Assembly: GCA_041937175.2 (NCBI GenBank) | Contig: CP166615.1 | Coordinates: forward strand, 1,856,001 to 1,920,000 | Source: Limnothrix sp. BL-A-16 | GTDB lineage: Bacteria; Cyanobacteriota; Cyanobacteriia; CACIAM-69d | Reading direction: 5' to 3' | DNA: 64,000 bases | Shown here: piece after piece, positions 11,735-21,692 of the stretch | Position numbering within the stretch: position 1 is the first letter of the stretch | Layout of the letters: the number at the start of each line of letters is the position of its first letter | The notes under the pieces: model-generated | Told to the model about the DNA's origin: nothing | Seen by the model: only the letters and a program-made list of their open reading frames with translations | The model's database searches: none | Made by a program: the position numbers and the translations under genes

Positions 11735-14410
11735 ATGAACCAACAACCATTTAGTCCCTGGGATATTCAAAATATTTACCAACGTCTGAGAAATCGCTTT
11801 GTTGTCAGCTCATCAAAGGACTGGGTTCATCTATATCGATCGTCCTCTGGACTACTGAACATTACAGTTGTCAGTGATCAATTTCGCGGCATTAGTTATA
11901 GTGACCGACGCATTCAGGTCAATGAAATTGTTCAAAGTTCGACAGGTTCTCTCTCTCTCTACACGCAGGATGAAGCCAAAATTCTGGAAATAGAGAAGCC
12001 TGCTAGCGATCGCGTTCAATCAGTCAGAACTTGGCATGACTTAGCAATTTGGGCGCAAAATCCCCAGAACCACGGCGAGGTGCAAGAACGATCGCCCCGA
12101 TCGCCCCGTACTGTTGCTTTCTATTCCTTCAAAGGGGGTGTTGGCCGCACTACAGCCCTGATTCACGTGGCTTGGCTGTTAGTCAAACAAGGTAAAAAAG
12201 TTGTCGTAGTTGATCTAGATATTGAAGCACCAGGACTCAGCAAAGCTTTGGATCTGGATGACTTACCAGAAGTCGGCATTGTTGATTATTTCTATGAACG
12301 AGCTTATGCACCTGATGGAGCAGATTATGAAATCCAAATCGGCGATATCTTAGCAGAATACCGAGATCAGCAATTAGGCGATACCCGTGGTGGACGTTTC
12401 TTTGTTGTGCCCACAGGAAAACTCAATCTTGATTATTTAGCGAAAGTTGACGACTTAAAGGCTAATGCTTGGGTCAATGGCGATGAGTCTCTGTGGGATG
12501 TTTTTCTTCGAGATATCAAAAAACAGATTGATCCAGATTTGATTTTAGTAGATTCTCGAACTGGCTTGAATCAATGGGGCGCTTTTTCTCTGGTTCAAGC
12601 AGCAGATTCTGCCATTTTGGTGTTATTCCCTAATGCTCAAAATGCAGAGGGAGCAAAAATCTTAGTCCAATCTCTCGGCTCACTGGGCAAGCAGAACATT
12701 AATTTTGTCTTTTCACCAATTCCTAATTCAGACTCAAAAGCAATAGCCCAATCAATTCAGCTAGATCTGAATGGAATTATTAATCAATTTATTCCACCAG
12801 CCAGTAGCGATGAGCCAGATGATGAAGATCTAGCTAGCAGTGATGACTTGATTTGTATTGAATATCTCCTGCCGATCGCAGTCGCTCCTCACTATCCTGT
12901 TCATTCTGTCTTGGATTGGTATCAGCCGATCGCCAATTTAATCCTAAAAGACTCAAATTCTAGTGCATCTGTGTCAACTCAATTGCAACATGATCGCTGG
13001 AAAATCATTGAAGATCTCCGGTTTTCGGATGTTGATGCTGCCCAGGAACAGGCCAACCTCAGTCACATTTTTCAAAAGACATCCAGTTTCTATGATTTCC
13101 TAGATGATAAAGTCTGTTTAGTGACTGGTCGAAAAGGAACTGGCAAAACAGCTCTCTACTTTCTGTTTTTGAAACATTTTTCTGTTGCTCAAAAACTCAC
13201 TGATCGCCTGAATAATATTACCGTTCTCTCAGGGCATGGTATGTTATCTTCTGGTCGTCTGACTCAGAATGAATTTGATTTTATCCGTGGTGACTTAAGT
13301 ATATCTCAGGCAAGTTGGTTGGGGTTTTGGGCTGCCTATGCACTCTTCAGAATTATGTCTGATCATAACCAGACCTTGACTAGTCTTAGAAAAGATAAAT
13401 ACAAAGCTCTAAAAGATGGCTTCAGTACCGTAAAGAATCTCCAATTTGGCTCGGAGCATCAAGCGCTATTGCTTCAATGGTCTGAAAGCCGCGAGCTAAG
13501 ACCATTAATTTTTGATGCCTTAAAAGACATTAATAACTATCTCAAGAAGCAAGTCCAAAAAATTTGGCTGCTTTATGACAATCTAGATCAAGACTTGGCA
13601 GAAGCCAATAACTTGCGCAGTGATGCATTGATCGGACTCTTTAAATTAGTCCAAGAGTTTGATGCCAAAGAATTAACCAATCTTCGGATTAAAATTTTTC
13701 TCCGTGAAGATATTTGGGAAAGATTAATTTTTGACAATAGAAGTCATCTTCGCGGTCGATCCATAAAACTAGAGTGGAAGCGAGTTGACCTACTGCGCTT
13801 TGCTTATCGTCAGGTTATTCAATCAGAGAAGTTTAAAGCTCTGGTCAGTCAAGTTGTTCCCATCCCGGATCCTGATGCGGCAACAGAAGAGACGTTGGTT
13901 GAAGCCTTGAAGATCTTGTGGGGCGATCGCATTCGGTTGGGATCGCGTGGGAAATATCTCTACCGCTGGATTTACGATCGCCTGAGTGATACCAGTGGTG
14001 CAACTTATCCCCGTAGTTTGGTAGTGCTATTAGCTAGAGCGCGTGAACTGGAACTAGATAGTAAAGATGATCCCAAGTCCAAGCCACCAGTTGATCGCCT
14101 CTTTCGGAGCGGTTTTATGGCGCGTGCACTCGAAGAAGCCTCACGAGCGCGGTGTAACGAAATGCGCGAAGAATATGGCAATCTCTCAGCTTTTTTTAAT
14201 TCTTTATCGGGAAAAGACCCATTAATGAAAATCGAAGACCTACAGCAATGCTGGGAAAATTCTGCCCGAGAGATTGAGCCGAATTTTGAGCAGTTTGTGC
14301 AGCTTTTGAAGTCGATCGGGCTGGCGGAGTGGCGACCCAAAGATGAACGATATCGCTTTGCTGATCTTTATGTTTATGGGTTCAATATGAACAAAAAAGG
14401 GATGCGATAA
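11735..14410 (+). CDS. Multidomain dual P-loop protein: MNT/BolA-like N-terminus + ParA/MinD-like (KGGVGRTT) + second P-loop NTPase (GRKGTGKT), copy 1
   Basis: FYSFKGGVGRTT, VDLDIEAPG, LVDSRTG; then VTGRKGTGKT, LLYDNLD, IKIFLREDIW, YPR, C-terminal LKSIG...Y.F.DLY..G. Confidence 0.85.
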   Translation: MNQQPFSPWDIQNIYQRLRNRFVVSSSKDWVHLYRSSSGLLNITVVSDQFRGISYSDRRIQVNEIVQSSTGSLSLYTQDEAKILEIEKPASDRVQSVRTWHDLAIWAQNPQNHGEVQERSPRSPRTVAFYSFKGGVGRTTALIHVAWLLVKQGKKVVVVDLDIEAPGLSKALDLDDLPEVGIVDYFYERAYAPDGADYEIQIGDILAEYRDQQLGDTRGGRFFVVPTGKLNLDYLAKVDDLKANAWVNGDESLWDVFLRDIKKQIDPDLILVDSRTGLNQWGAFSLVQAADSAILVLFPNAQNAEGAKILVQSLGSLGKQNINFVFSPIPNSDSKAIAQSIQLDLNGIINQFIPPASSDEPDDEDLASSDDLICIEYLLPIAVAPHYPVHSVLDWYQPIANLILKDSNSSASVSTQLQHDRWKIIEDLRFSDVDAAQEQANLSHIFQKTSSFYDFLDDKVCLVTGRKGTGKTALYFLFLKHFSVAQKLTDRLNNITVLSGHGMLSSGRLTQNEFDFIRGDLSISQASWLGFWAAYALFRIMSDHNQTLTSLRKDKYKALKDGFSTVKNLQFGSEHQALLLQWSESRELRPLIFDALKDINNYLKKQVQKIWLLYDNLDQDLAEANNLRSDALIGLFKLVQEFDAKELTNLRIKIFLREDIWERLIFDNRSHLRGRSIKLEWKRVDLLRFAYRQVIQSEKFKALVSQVVPIPDPDAATEETLVEALKILWGDRIRLGSRGKYLYRWIYDRLSDTSGATYPRSLVVLLARARELELDSKDDPKSKPPVDRLFRSGFMARALEEASRARCNEMREEYGNLSAFFNSLSGKDPLMKIEDLQQCWENSAREIEPNFEQFVQLLKSIGLAEWRPKDERYRFADLYVYGFNMNKKGMR

Positions 14411-14613
14411 AGCATTTTTGTTGATGTAGCTGGTTACAGGCTAGTCGAGATGGCATGGAGCAAGGTCCAGGAAGTGCGTTGAAGAAACTACAAGCCGATC
14501 GCCCTGTTTAAGAATATCGATCTGATTATTAATCAATGATGAACAAATAGAAGTCTCTCTATACAGGCAGTTGTCTTAGTAATTATCACCTCGCAGGCAT
14601 CGTTTAATTGTAG

Positions 14614-14652
14614 TTGATGTGGAAGTAATGCATCGCATCGCTTCCACATCAA
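14614..14652. other. Inverted repeat between the convergent ATPase and cynS genes (possible terminator or RNA stabiliser)
   Basis: TTGATGTGGAAG-N15-CTTCCACATCAA; no clear U-tract follows on either strand. Confidence 0.4.
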
Positions 14653-14812
14653 AAGTTTGTGCCTATCAAAACCAATGGGTCAACAAGTGGGCACTGTTAG
14701 AAATGACTTGCCAAAGTCCGATGAAAGCTAAGATTTTGGTGATGTAGGCCAGCCAATCAGTTTTGGCGGTTGGTCTAGCAGCAGCGTGACGCTGTTTCAT
14801 GGTTGATGCTCC

Positions 14813-15262
14813 TTACCATTTTTTGTAGGGCAGGAATTTTCCATTCATGGTGATCTTCACGCGATCGCCCTTGGGATCTTCCTCTTTTTCAATGTCCAAG
14901 GTGAAGTCGATCGCGCTCATGATCCCATCGCCAAACTTCTCGTGAATCACTGCCTTCATCGGCATGCCATAGACCTGCATGATTTCGTAGAACCGATAGA
15001 TCAGCGGATCGGTGGGAACCACGGGCCCCAGCCCTTTCACCGAAGATTCCGTCAGTTCTGGCACCAAATCTTCACTGAGGCCCAGAGCATTGAGCAGCTT
15101 GCTAGCTTCATCAGCAGAGGCAGAAGCTTGGCGATAGATCACCGCCGCAATCCACACTTCATCCCGACCGATCGCTTGTTCTAGCTCCGTGAAGGTCACG
15201 CCTTTGGCCTTTTTAGCGGCCAAAAGGGTTGCGGTGATTGCGGGAATTTCAGTGGTAGACAT
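14813..15262 (-). CDS. cynS: Cyanase (cyanate hydratase)
   Basis: [33 protein letters not shown]...[12 protein letters not shown] at 15262 preceded by GAGAGG. Confidence 0.97.
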   Translation of the reverse strand: MSTTEIPAITATLLAAKKAKGVTFTELEQAIGRDEVWIAAVIYRQASASADEASKLLNALGLSEDLVPELTESSVKGLGPVVPTDPLIYRFYEIMQVYGMPMKAVIHEKFGDGIMSAIDFTLDIEKEEDPKGDRVKITMNGKFLPYKKW

Positions 15263-15334
15263 ACTTTTTCCTCTCAATGTTTGGTTTTTTGTGCTGACTT
15301 GAACAGGGTTAATTCTGTGCGTTGATGGTGATAG

Positions 15335-16216
15335 CTATTTCCGCACCCGAGACTCTTCCACAGCTCGAGTTTCGTAGGAAAGATGCTGCTCCATGGCTGC
15401 TTTCAGTTCGTGGTAGCCCGGATATTGATCCAATTCTTCCCGGCGGCGCGGCCGAGGGAAGGGCACATCCAACACCTGAGCAATCCCCGCAGCGGGCCCC
15501 CGCGTCATCATCACAATTTTGTCAGACAGCAGCAGCGCTTCTTCAATGCTGTGGGTAATCAAAATCACGGTCTTGCGTTCTTGCTCCCAAATTCGCTCAA
15601 TTTCGTCTTGGAGAAAACCACGTGTCAGCGCATCCAAAGCGCCAAACGGTTCATCCATCAACAAAATTTGGGGATTAATGGCTAATGCCCTGGCAATACC
15701 GACCCGTTGCTTCATTCCCCCCGAAAGTTCATGGGGATGTTTTGCTTCAGCACCCCGTAGCCCCACCAGACCGATGTAGTCTTGAACGATCGATTTGCGC
15801 TGGGCAATTCCCATGTTTGGGTAGACCGTTTCCACTGCAAAATCGATGTTTTCGGCAACCGTCATCCAGGGCATCAAGGCATAGTTTTGGAACACCACAC
15901 CGCGATCGGGCCCAGGTGCGGAAACGGGCTGACCATTGATGCTGACTTGTCCCGTGGTGGGCTGAGACAAGCCCGCAATAATGTTCAGCAACGTGGACTT
16001 GCCGCAACCCGACGGCCCAATGATCGAAACGAAGGTGTTAGGCTCCACTTCTAGGTCAATATCTGCGATCGCCACAAAGGGTTTTGAGGTGCGCCGCAGT
16101 AATTTATCCACCGTGCCCATGCGTCCGGGAAACACTTTGGAAATGCCTTGCAGTGTCAGGTGTGCCACTGGGGGTTCAAGGGAGGGGAGCGCCATTTTAG
16201 ATGCAGAAGATTGCAT
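15335..16216 (-). CDS. cynD: Nitrate/bicarbonate-family ABC ATP-binding subunit, cyanate transporter by context
   Basis: [39 protein letters not shown]; directly upstream of cynS. Confidence 0.85.
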   Translation of the reverse strand: MQSSASKMALPSLEPPVAHLTLQGISKVFPGRMGTVDKLLRRTSKPFVAIADIDLEVEPNTFVSIIGPSGCGKSTLLNIIAGLSQPTTGQVSINGQPVSAPGPDRGVVFQNYALMPWMTVAENIDFAVETVYPNMGIAQRKSIVQDYIGLVGLRGAEAKHPHELSGGMKQRVGIARALAINPQILLMDEPFGALDALTRGFLQDEIERIWEQERKTVILITHSIEEALLLSDKIVMMTRGPAAGIAQVLDVPFPRPRRREELDQYPGYHELKAAMEQHLSYETRAVEESRVRK

Positions 16217-16219
16217 AGG

Positions 16220-17050
16220 TTAAGACCTTTGGCCAAAGGAAACTCGATGCTGCAATACACCAAATAGGTAGTCCATCAATAGCCCCACCAGTCCAACAAT
16301 CAAGATGGCAGTAATGATGCTGGTGATCTTCAAGTTATTCCACTCATTCCAAACGAAATAACCAATTCCACCACTCAACAGAATCTCCGCTGCCACAATC
16401 ACCAACCAGGCAATTCCTAAGCTGATCCGTAGCCCTGAAACAATGTTGGGAGCAGCGGCAGGCAAAATCACCTTGGTAATGATTCGCCAACGGGAAGCGC
16501 CTAAGGTGTGGGCCACATTCAAATAGGCTGGATCCACATTGCTGACCCCAAATTTGGTGTTAATCAAGGTGGGCCAAATGCTGGTGATGGCAATGACAAA
16601 CAGGGCTGTTCTTTCCGAATCTCGCATGAGTGCCAAGCCCAACGGTAGCCAAGCCAACGGAGAAACGGGGCGCAGGATTTGGATGAAGGGGTCAACGGCC
16701 TTGGAAACCACGGACGATAGACCAATCAGAATGCCCAGGGGAATGGCGATCGCCGTGCCAATCAAAAAACCACTCAAAACTCGGCGTAAACTGGTCAATA
16801 ACAAAAGACCAATGCCCTGATCATTCGGCCCATTATCAAAGAATGGGTTTGAGATCCAAAACCAAAGATCAGCGATCGTTTGGCTAGCAGAGGGCATGAT
16901 GGGCAGGAAGAGTTTTACATTTGCCCCTAACTCCCATAGCCCCAAGAACACCAGCAAAATGGTGATGAACAGCAAGAACGCTTGTTGATCGGTATTCAGC
17001 CGAAATGGCTTAACCTTTGATGGAGCAGAGCGGAATACTTCATGGGCCAT
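16220..17050 (-). CDS. cynB: NrtB/CmpB-family ABC permease, cyanate transporter by context
   Basis: NPFFDNGPNDQGIG, LRPVSPLAWLP, GIAWLVIVAAE, GIGYFVWNEWN. Confidence 0.85.
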   Translation of the reverse strand: MAHEVFRSAPSKVKPFRLNTDQQAFLLFITILLVFLGLWELGANVKLFLPIMPSASQTIADLWFWISNPFFDNGPNDQGIGLLLLTSLRRVLSGFLIGTAIAIPLGILIGLSSVVSKAVDPFIQILRPVSPLAWLPLGLALMRDSERTALFVIAITSIWPTLINTKFGVSNVDPAYLNVAHTLGASRWRIITKVILPAAAPNIVSGLRISLGIAWLVIVAAEILLSGGIGYFVWNEWNNLKITSIITAILIVGLVGLLMDYLFGVLQHRVSFGQRS

Positions 17051-17064
17051 GATGGTAAACCTCC

Positions 17065-18696
17065 CTAGACTTTAAACTTCTTGATTTGCTCATCCACATA
17101 AGCAGCGGGGTCTTTGGGATCGAAGGTATCGTACTTGAGCTTTTCAGATCGCTCGGCAGTACTGGGCGGGGTTTGACCCAATTCTTTCTGAAGTTCTGCT
17201 GCCAAATCTGTCAGGAAGATATCTTGGGAAATCTTGTCGTAATCGGCCTTGTCTTTGGGCATCAAATCCCAGCGCACCAACTGTGTTGCAATCCACTTGG
17301 AAAAGCTCTTCCAGGGATAGGGATCAAACCCGATTCGATCGGGCACATCTTGGGTATTGCCCAGCCCATCTTCAAACTTGCCGGTTAGCACAGCTTCCAC
17401 CACAGGCAAGGGTTGATTGAGATATTTACGCTCAATCAAAGCTCTGGCAATTTCAGGACGATTAGTTGGCGTATTTGCATAGGCAGCCGCATCAATGATC
17501 GCCTTGTTCACAGCCCGGAAGGTGTTGGGGTTTGCATCAATCCACGGTTGACTAGCGGCAAAAGCACAGCAGGGGTGTCCTTCCCACAGGTCTTTGGTCA
17601 ACATGTGAATGAACCCAACCTGCTCAAAAACAGCCCGTTGATTGAAGGGGTCAGGCATCAACATGGCATCAATTTCACCTGCTGCCATTTTGGCAACACT
17701 GTCCGGCGGTGGCACGGGCGAAATTTGCACATCCTTATCGGGATTCAGCCCCCCCGCCGCTAGGTAATAGCGAATCAGCATATTGTGCATCGAGAAGGGG
17801 AAGGGCACGCCAATTTTAAAGCCCTTGAAGTCTTTGGCTTCCTTCACCTTACCTTTATGCTTAGCAGCAACGGTAATTGCTTGACCATTGATGTTTTCAA
17901 TGCTGGCCAGTTTGATGGGAAATGCTGCTGAACCTAAGCCGAGGGTAATCGCGATCGGCATGGGAGAAAGCATGTGATAAGCATCCAATTCACCCGCGAT
18001 CGCAGAGTCTCGAACCGCAGCCCAGTTGGGCATCTTTTTCACCTGCACATTCAAGCCATATTTGCTGTAGAAACCCAGTGGCTCCGACATCACGATCGGT
18101 GTTGCACAGGTGATGGGAATGAACCCGATCGTTAAATCCTTTTTCTCCAAATTCGTTGGAGCATCAGCCGCAGGGGACTGATCTGTCGTGGGGGCTTGAC
18201 CCTGTTGTGGGCCGCAGCTAGCAGCGGCGATTAATGCTCCAGCCACGACCACCCGTTTTAGGAATTCTCGCCGGCTAAATTCACTGTTGTGAATGGTGTT
18301 GCTAAAAAATTCCGTGGAGTGAACACCGAATGCGGCTGCAAATACTTGATCCAGCCCGCCCGCTTCCTTAATCAGTTCCTGACAAAAGCGCTCTCGCTCT
18401 GGGTTGCCGCCCATTTGTCGCAGCAGCAGCGCTTCTTTCATCTCCACTTCAGTCAGTGTCTTGGCCAGCTCTAGGGTTTCAGGCTGGTACAGGCCCATCC
18501 GAATGAGATCATTAACGAGTTCTGCTGGATCATGGGGCATTCCTTCAGCCGCTTGCCAGTGATCCTGAGGAAAATGAGTTCCTCCGCAGGGACAACGACT
18601 GAGTTCGACTTGAGCCTGAGAGCGAATATCCACTGATGACATGAGCTGCTCCAATTGGTATTGCGCAGGACAACATTCGGGTCTGTTGCTTTGCAC
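17065..18696 (-). CDS. cynA: CmpA/NrtA-family substrate-binding lipoprotein (cyanate by context) with long N-terminal extension; start at 18696 (GTG) or 18642 (ATG)
   Basis: IGFIPITCATP, HMLSPMP, NINGQAIT, PFPFSMHN, PDPFNQRA, GHPCC; internal SRREFLK...AAASC signal. Confidence 0.85.
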   Translation of the reverse strand: MQSNRPECCPAQYQLEQLMSSVDIRSQAQVELSRCPCGGTHFPQDHWQAAEGMPHDPAELVNDLIRMGLYQPETLELAKTLTEVEMKEALLLRQMGGNPERERFCQELIKEAGGLDQVFAAAFGVHSTEFFSNTIHNSEFSRREFLKRVVVAGALIAAASCGPQQGQAPTTDQSPAADAPTNLEKKDLTIGFIPITCATPIVMSEPLGFYSKYGLNVQVKKMPNWAAVRDSAIAGELDAYHMLSPMPIAITLGLGSAAFPIKLASIENINGQAITVAAKHKGKVKEAKDFKGFKIGVPFPFSMHNMLIRYYLAAGGLNPDKDVQISPVPPPDSVAKMAAGEIDAMLMPDPFNQRAVFEQVGFIHMLTKDLWEGHPCCAFAASQPWIDANPNTFRAVNKAIIDAAAYANTPTNRPEIARALIERKYLNQPLPVVEAVLTGKFEDGLGNTQDVPDRIGFDPYPWKSFSKWIATQLVRWDLMPKDKADYDKISQDIFLTDLAAELQKELGQTPPSTAERSEKLKYDTFDPKDPAAYVDEQIKKFKV

Positions 18697-18960
18697 AATA
18701 CCAAGGAATAATGGGCGATCGCATTAGAATTTTTTTGGCAAGAGTAGGATTTTTTTTCGCTCTTGAAAGAACAACCAAGGACTCTGTGAGAAATTTAGAA
18801 AGTTCTCATTTGAAAAATAATGCACTGGAAGTCCCTAATTTCAAAAAAATCAAGCAAAAAGCGTCAATTTTTCTGAAATTTTGAAATCACATCTGCGCTT
18901 TATGCAGAGATAGTTCTATACACAGATAATTGATCTATTTTGTTGTATTCAATACCATTC

Positions 18961-19737
18961 CTATGCGAATCGTAGTCGCACAGAGTTTCGCCAGGACTGG
19001 GGGGGATTGCCATAGAGCTGACGAAATTGGCGAGTGAAGTAAGCCACATCCGCATAGCCCACTCCCGCTGCAATTTGGCGCACGGGTTGGTCGGTTTCAC
19101 AAAGTAACATCCGCGCCTGGGACATACGGCGTTCCGTAATCCAACGCTTGATGCTGTAGCCCGTTAGCTCTTGGGTCAAATTCGTTAAATAGGCGGGAGA
19201 ATAGCCGACCGCTTTGGCCACATCATTTAACCCGATCGGGCGGTGATAATTAGCTTCAATGAATGCAAATACGGGTGATAAACGAGAACAGTCGGGGAAA
19301 ATTCCGTTTTCGGATTGACCGTTTATTTTGCTTTCTGCTGGAGATGCATGAAAACTCGCTGCCAATTGGGCTTTTCGTTCTAAGCGAGTAGCGATCGCCG
19401 CTAATAATTGCTCAACGCTACAGGGCTTGGTTAAATAATCATCTGCGCCCAATTCCATCCCCTGCCGCAAATCTGCCATGGTTGCTTTGGCAGTGAGAAA
19501 AATGAAGGGAATTGCAGCGGTGGCCGGATGGCGACGAATGGCCGATAGAACGCTGTAGCCATCGAGATCGGGCATCATAATATCGCAGATAATCAAATCT
19601 GGCAGATGCATTTGGGCTAACTTAATCCCGATCGAACCGTTTTCAGCCTCGATCGCGCAAAACCCCTCAAACGTCAGACATCCCATAAAGATGCTGCGGG
19701 TTTGCGCTTCATCCTCAATCACCAAAACTTTTGTCAT
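18961..19737 (-). CDS. Response regulator: REC + AraC-type HTH
   Basis: VLVIEDE, CDIMMP, FLTAK, GADDYLTKP; C-terminal VGYSPAYLT...VGY.D..YF.RQF...G..P..WR. Confidence 0.92.
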   Translation of the reverse strand: MTKVLVIEDEAQTRSIFMGCLTFEGFCAIEAENGSIGIKLAQMHLPDLIICDIMMPDLDGYSVLSAIRRHPATAAIPFIFLTAKATMADLRQGMELGADDYLTKPCSVEQLLAAIATRLERKAQLAASFHASPAESKINGQSENGIFPDCSRLSPVFAFIEANYHRPIGLNDVAKAVGYSPAYLTNLTQELTGYSIKRWITERRMSQARMLLCETDQPVRQIAAGVGYADVAYFTRQFRQLYGNPPQSWRNSVRLRFA

Positions 19738-19851
19738 GAACTGCCTGATTTACAGTAATGACCTGGGTGGTGTACCATGCCGGCCAAGTTTCGGGCGTAT
19801 TCTCCAAGCCGTGTAGTGTAAGAGGATACACATCCTCATCAGTCGCAAAAT

Positions 19852-21141
19852 TTGTCAGGAATTCTGGACATCATGCGGCAATATTATTGGTCACAGCCTG
19901 TTTCAAAGCCGACCACGACACCGGCCGAGGCGCATCTCTCCGCATTGCGAGCATCACCGGAAACCGACCTAGAAACCCTGCGTCGCCAGCATGAGCTAAT
20001 CCTGAATGCGGTGGGAGAGGGGGTCTATGGGCTGGATTTAGCAGGTCGAGTAACCTTTGTGAATCCAGCGGCGGCCAGCATGATTGGTTGGGAAATTCAG
20101 GACTTGATTGGTCAGTCCATGCATTCGGTTTTGCATCATTCCAAACCCGATGGCCAACCCTATCCCATCCATGACTGCCCAATTTATCAAGCTTTTCAAG
20201 ATGGACGAATTCATCGTGCCAATACGGAAGTTTTTTGGCGCAAGGATGGATCGAGCTTTCCCGTTGAATATATCAGCACACCCATGCAAGATCAGCAGGG
20301 AAATGTGATTGGAACGGTGGTTACCTTCCAAGACATTACCCAACGAAAATGGGCAGAAACTTTGTTACAGCGAACCAATGAAGAGCTTGAGTTAAAAGTG
20401 CGCGATCGCACGGCTCAACTTCATCGTGCCAATCAAGAATTACAAGAATTAAATGATCTCAAATCTCGCTTTGTTTCGATGGTTTGTCATGAATTTCGCA
20501 ATCCGCTCAATAATATTTTGCTGTCAGCATCATCACTTGACCGTTACGATGCACAACTTTCCCATGAGCAGCGTCAAAATTATCTTCAGGGAGTCAAGAA
20601 CGATGTAGAGCGCATGACTCAAATGATTGATGACATTCTAGTGATTGGTAAAACTGAGGCTCATAAGCTAATGGTTCAACCTCAGCCGATCGAGCTAGTG
20701 CGGTTTTGCCATAGCCTGGTAGCAGAAATGCAAGCGACATCTGATCAACAATCACTATTGGTGTTGAGTCGGCATCGCCACCTGATGGCCAACTTAGACG
20801 AAAAATTATTGCGATCGATTCTGACCAATATTCTCTCTAATTCAATTCGATACTCTCATCATCATCAAAGCCCAATTTATTTGCGGCTATCAAAGCGCAG
20901 CGATCAGGTAACGTTCCAAATTTGCGATCAAGGTATCGGCATTCCCCGCGAAGATTTACCCCACCTCTTTGAACCTTTTCGTCGAGGTAAAAACGTCAGC
21001 AATATTCCTGGAACTGGGTTGGGTTTGAATATTGTCAAGCGGTTTGTAGACTTGCAGCATGGAACAATCAAAGTAGATAGCAAGCTAAATGTGGGGACGA
21101 CTTTTAAAATTACGTTGCCGCTTGGTTGGAGCAAAGTATAA
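19852..21141 (+). CDS. PAS-domain sensor histidine kinase
   Basis: PAS (FVNPAAA...FWRKDGSSFPVEY), H-box CHEFRNPL, NILSNSIRYS, DQGIGI, GTGLGL; divergent from the REC-AraC gene. Confidence 0.92.
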   Translation: MSGILDIMRQYYWSQPVSKPTTTPAEAHLSALRASPETDLETLRRQHELILNAVGEGVYGLDLAGRVTFVNPAAASMIGWEIQDLIGQSMHSVLHHSKPDGQPYPIHDCPIYQAFQDGRIHRANTEVFWRKDGSSFPVEYISTPMQDQQGNVIGTVVTFQDITQRKWAETLLQRTNEELELKVRDRTAQLHRANQELQELNDLKSRFVSMVCHEFRNPLNNILLSASSLDRYDAQLSHEQRQNYLQGVKNDVERMTQMIDDILVIGKTEAHKLMVQPQPIELVRFCHSLVAEMQATSDQQSLLVLSRHRHLMANLDEKLLRSILTNILSNSIRYSHHHQSPIYLRLSKRSDQVTFQICDQGIGIPREDLPHLFEPFRRGKNVSNIPGTGLGLNIVKRFVDLQHGTIKVDSKLNVGTTFKITLPLGWSKV

Positions 21142-21170
21142 AAGTAGGTCAATGGTTCATCGATCAATCA

Positions 21171-21692
21171 CTAAGGGTGAAGCCAGTATTCTATGCAGTT
21201 CTCTAGAGTTTTAGTGTCAACAACTAACTGAATTTCTAGCGCCTGTTGAATCTCGAGGGAAATTTGGCAAAGCCTTTTCCATTGAGTGGTTTTGAAGCAG
21301 TTGCTGTAGTTCGATTTTTGAAAAGAATATTGATCTATAATCTCATTAGTTATTTCTAGTAATTGATCAATAAAAATTGTCAGTTTTTTTACGTCCTCAC
21401 TGTCTGACTGGTCTTTTACAATCAAGAGCCGAATCGAAATTGAATTTAAGTGGGCCTTGTAAGCATTAACCAAAACTTCAATTGCGCTGCGCGTGATTAG
21501 GTCTCCCTCTGGAAAGTCATATTTTCTCTCCTTCAGTCTTGGCAAGATGGCAACTTGTCCTAATTCAGGCAATCCAAAAAAAGCAATGAGAGGAGCTATG
21601 GTTTTCAGCTTATTTTGAATTTCTTCGTTCAATTGCAGCATAGTAACAAGTTGATTGTGGTTTATAAAAAAACTTAAAACAATGAAACACAA
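21171..21692 (-). CDS. Hypothetical AT-rich orphan protein (ATG start probably 21641)
   Basis: Open frame of 156-173 aa in AT-rich DNA; no recognisable motif. Confidence 0.55.
   Translation of the reverse strand: MCFIVLSFFINHNQLVTMLQLNEEIQNKLKTIAPLIAFFGLPELGQVAILPRLKERKYDFPEGDLITRSAIEVLVNAYKAHLNSISIRLLIVKDQSDSEDVKKLTIFIDQLLEITNEIIDQYSFQKSNYSNCFKTTQWKRLCQISLEIQQALEIQLVVDTKTLENCIEYWLHP

Noticed and set aside
11735..14410. Chromosome partition ParA or tyrosine-kinase annotation
   Set aside because: No parB or parS, altered Walker A, fusion to a second NTPase, and no Tyr cluster or polysaccharide export context.
15335..18696. Nitrate (nrt) or bicarbonate (cmp) transporter call
   Set aside because: Only one short ATPase subunit with no NrtC/CmpC-type fusion, directly linked to cynS and with no nirA/narB; cyanate is more parsimonious though untested.
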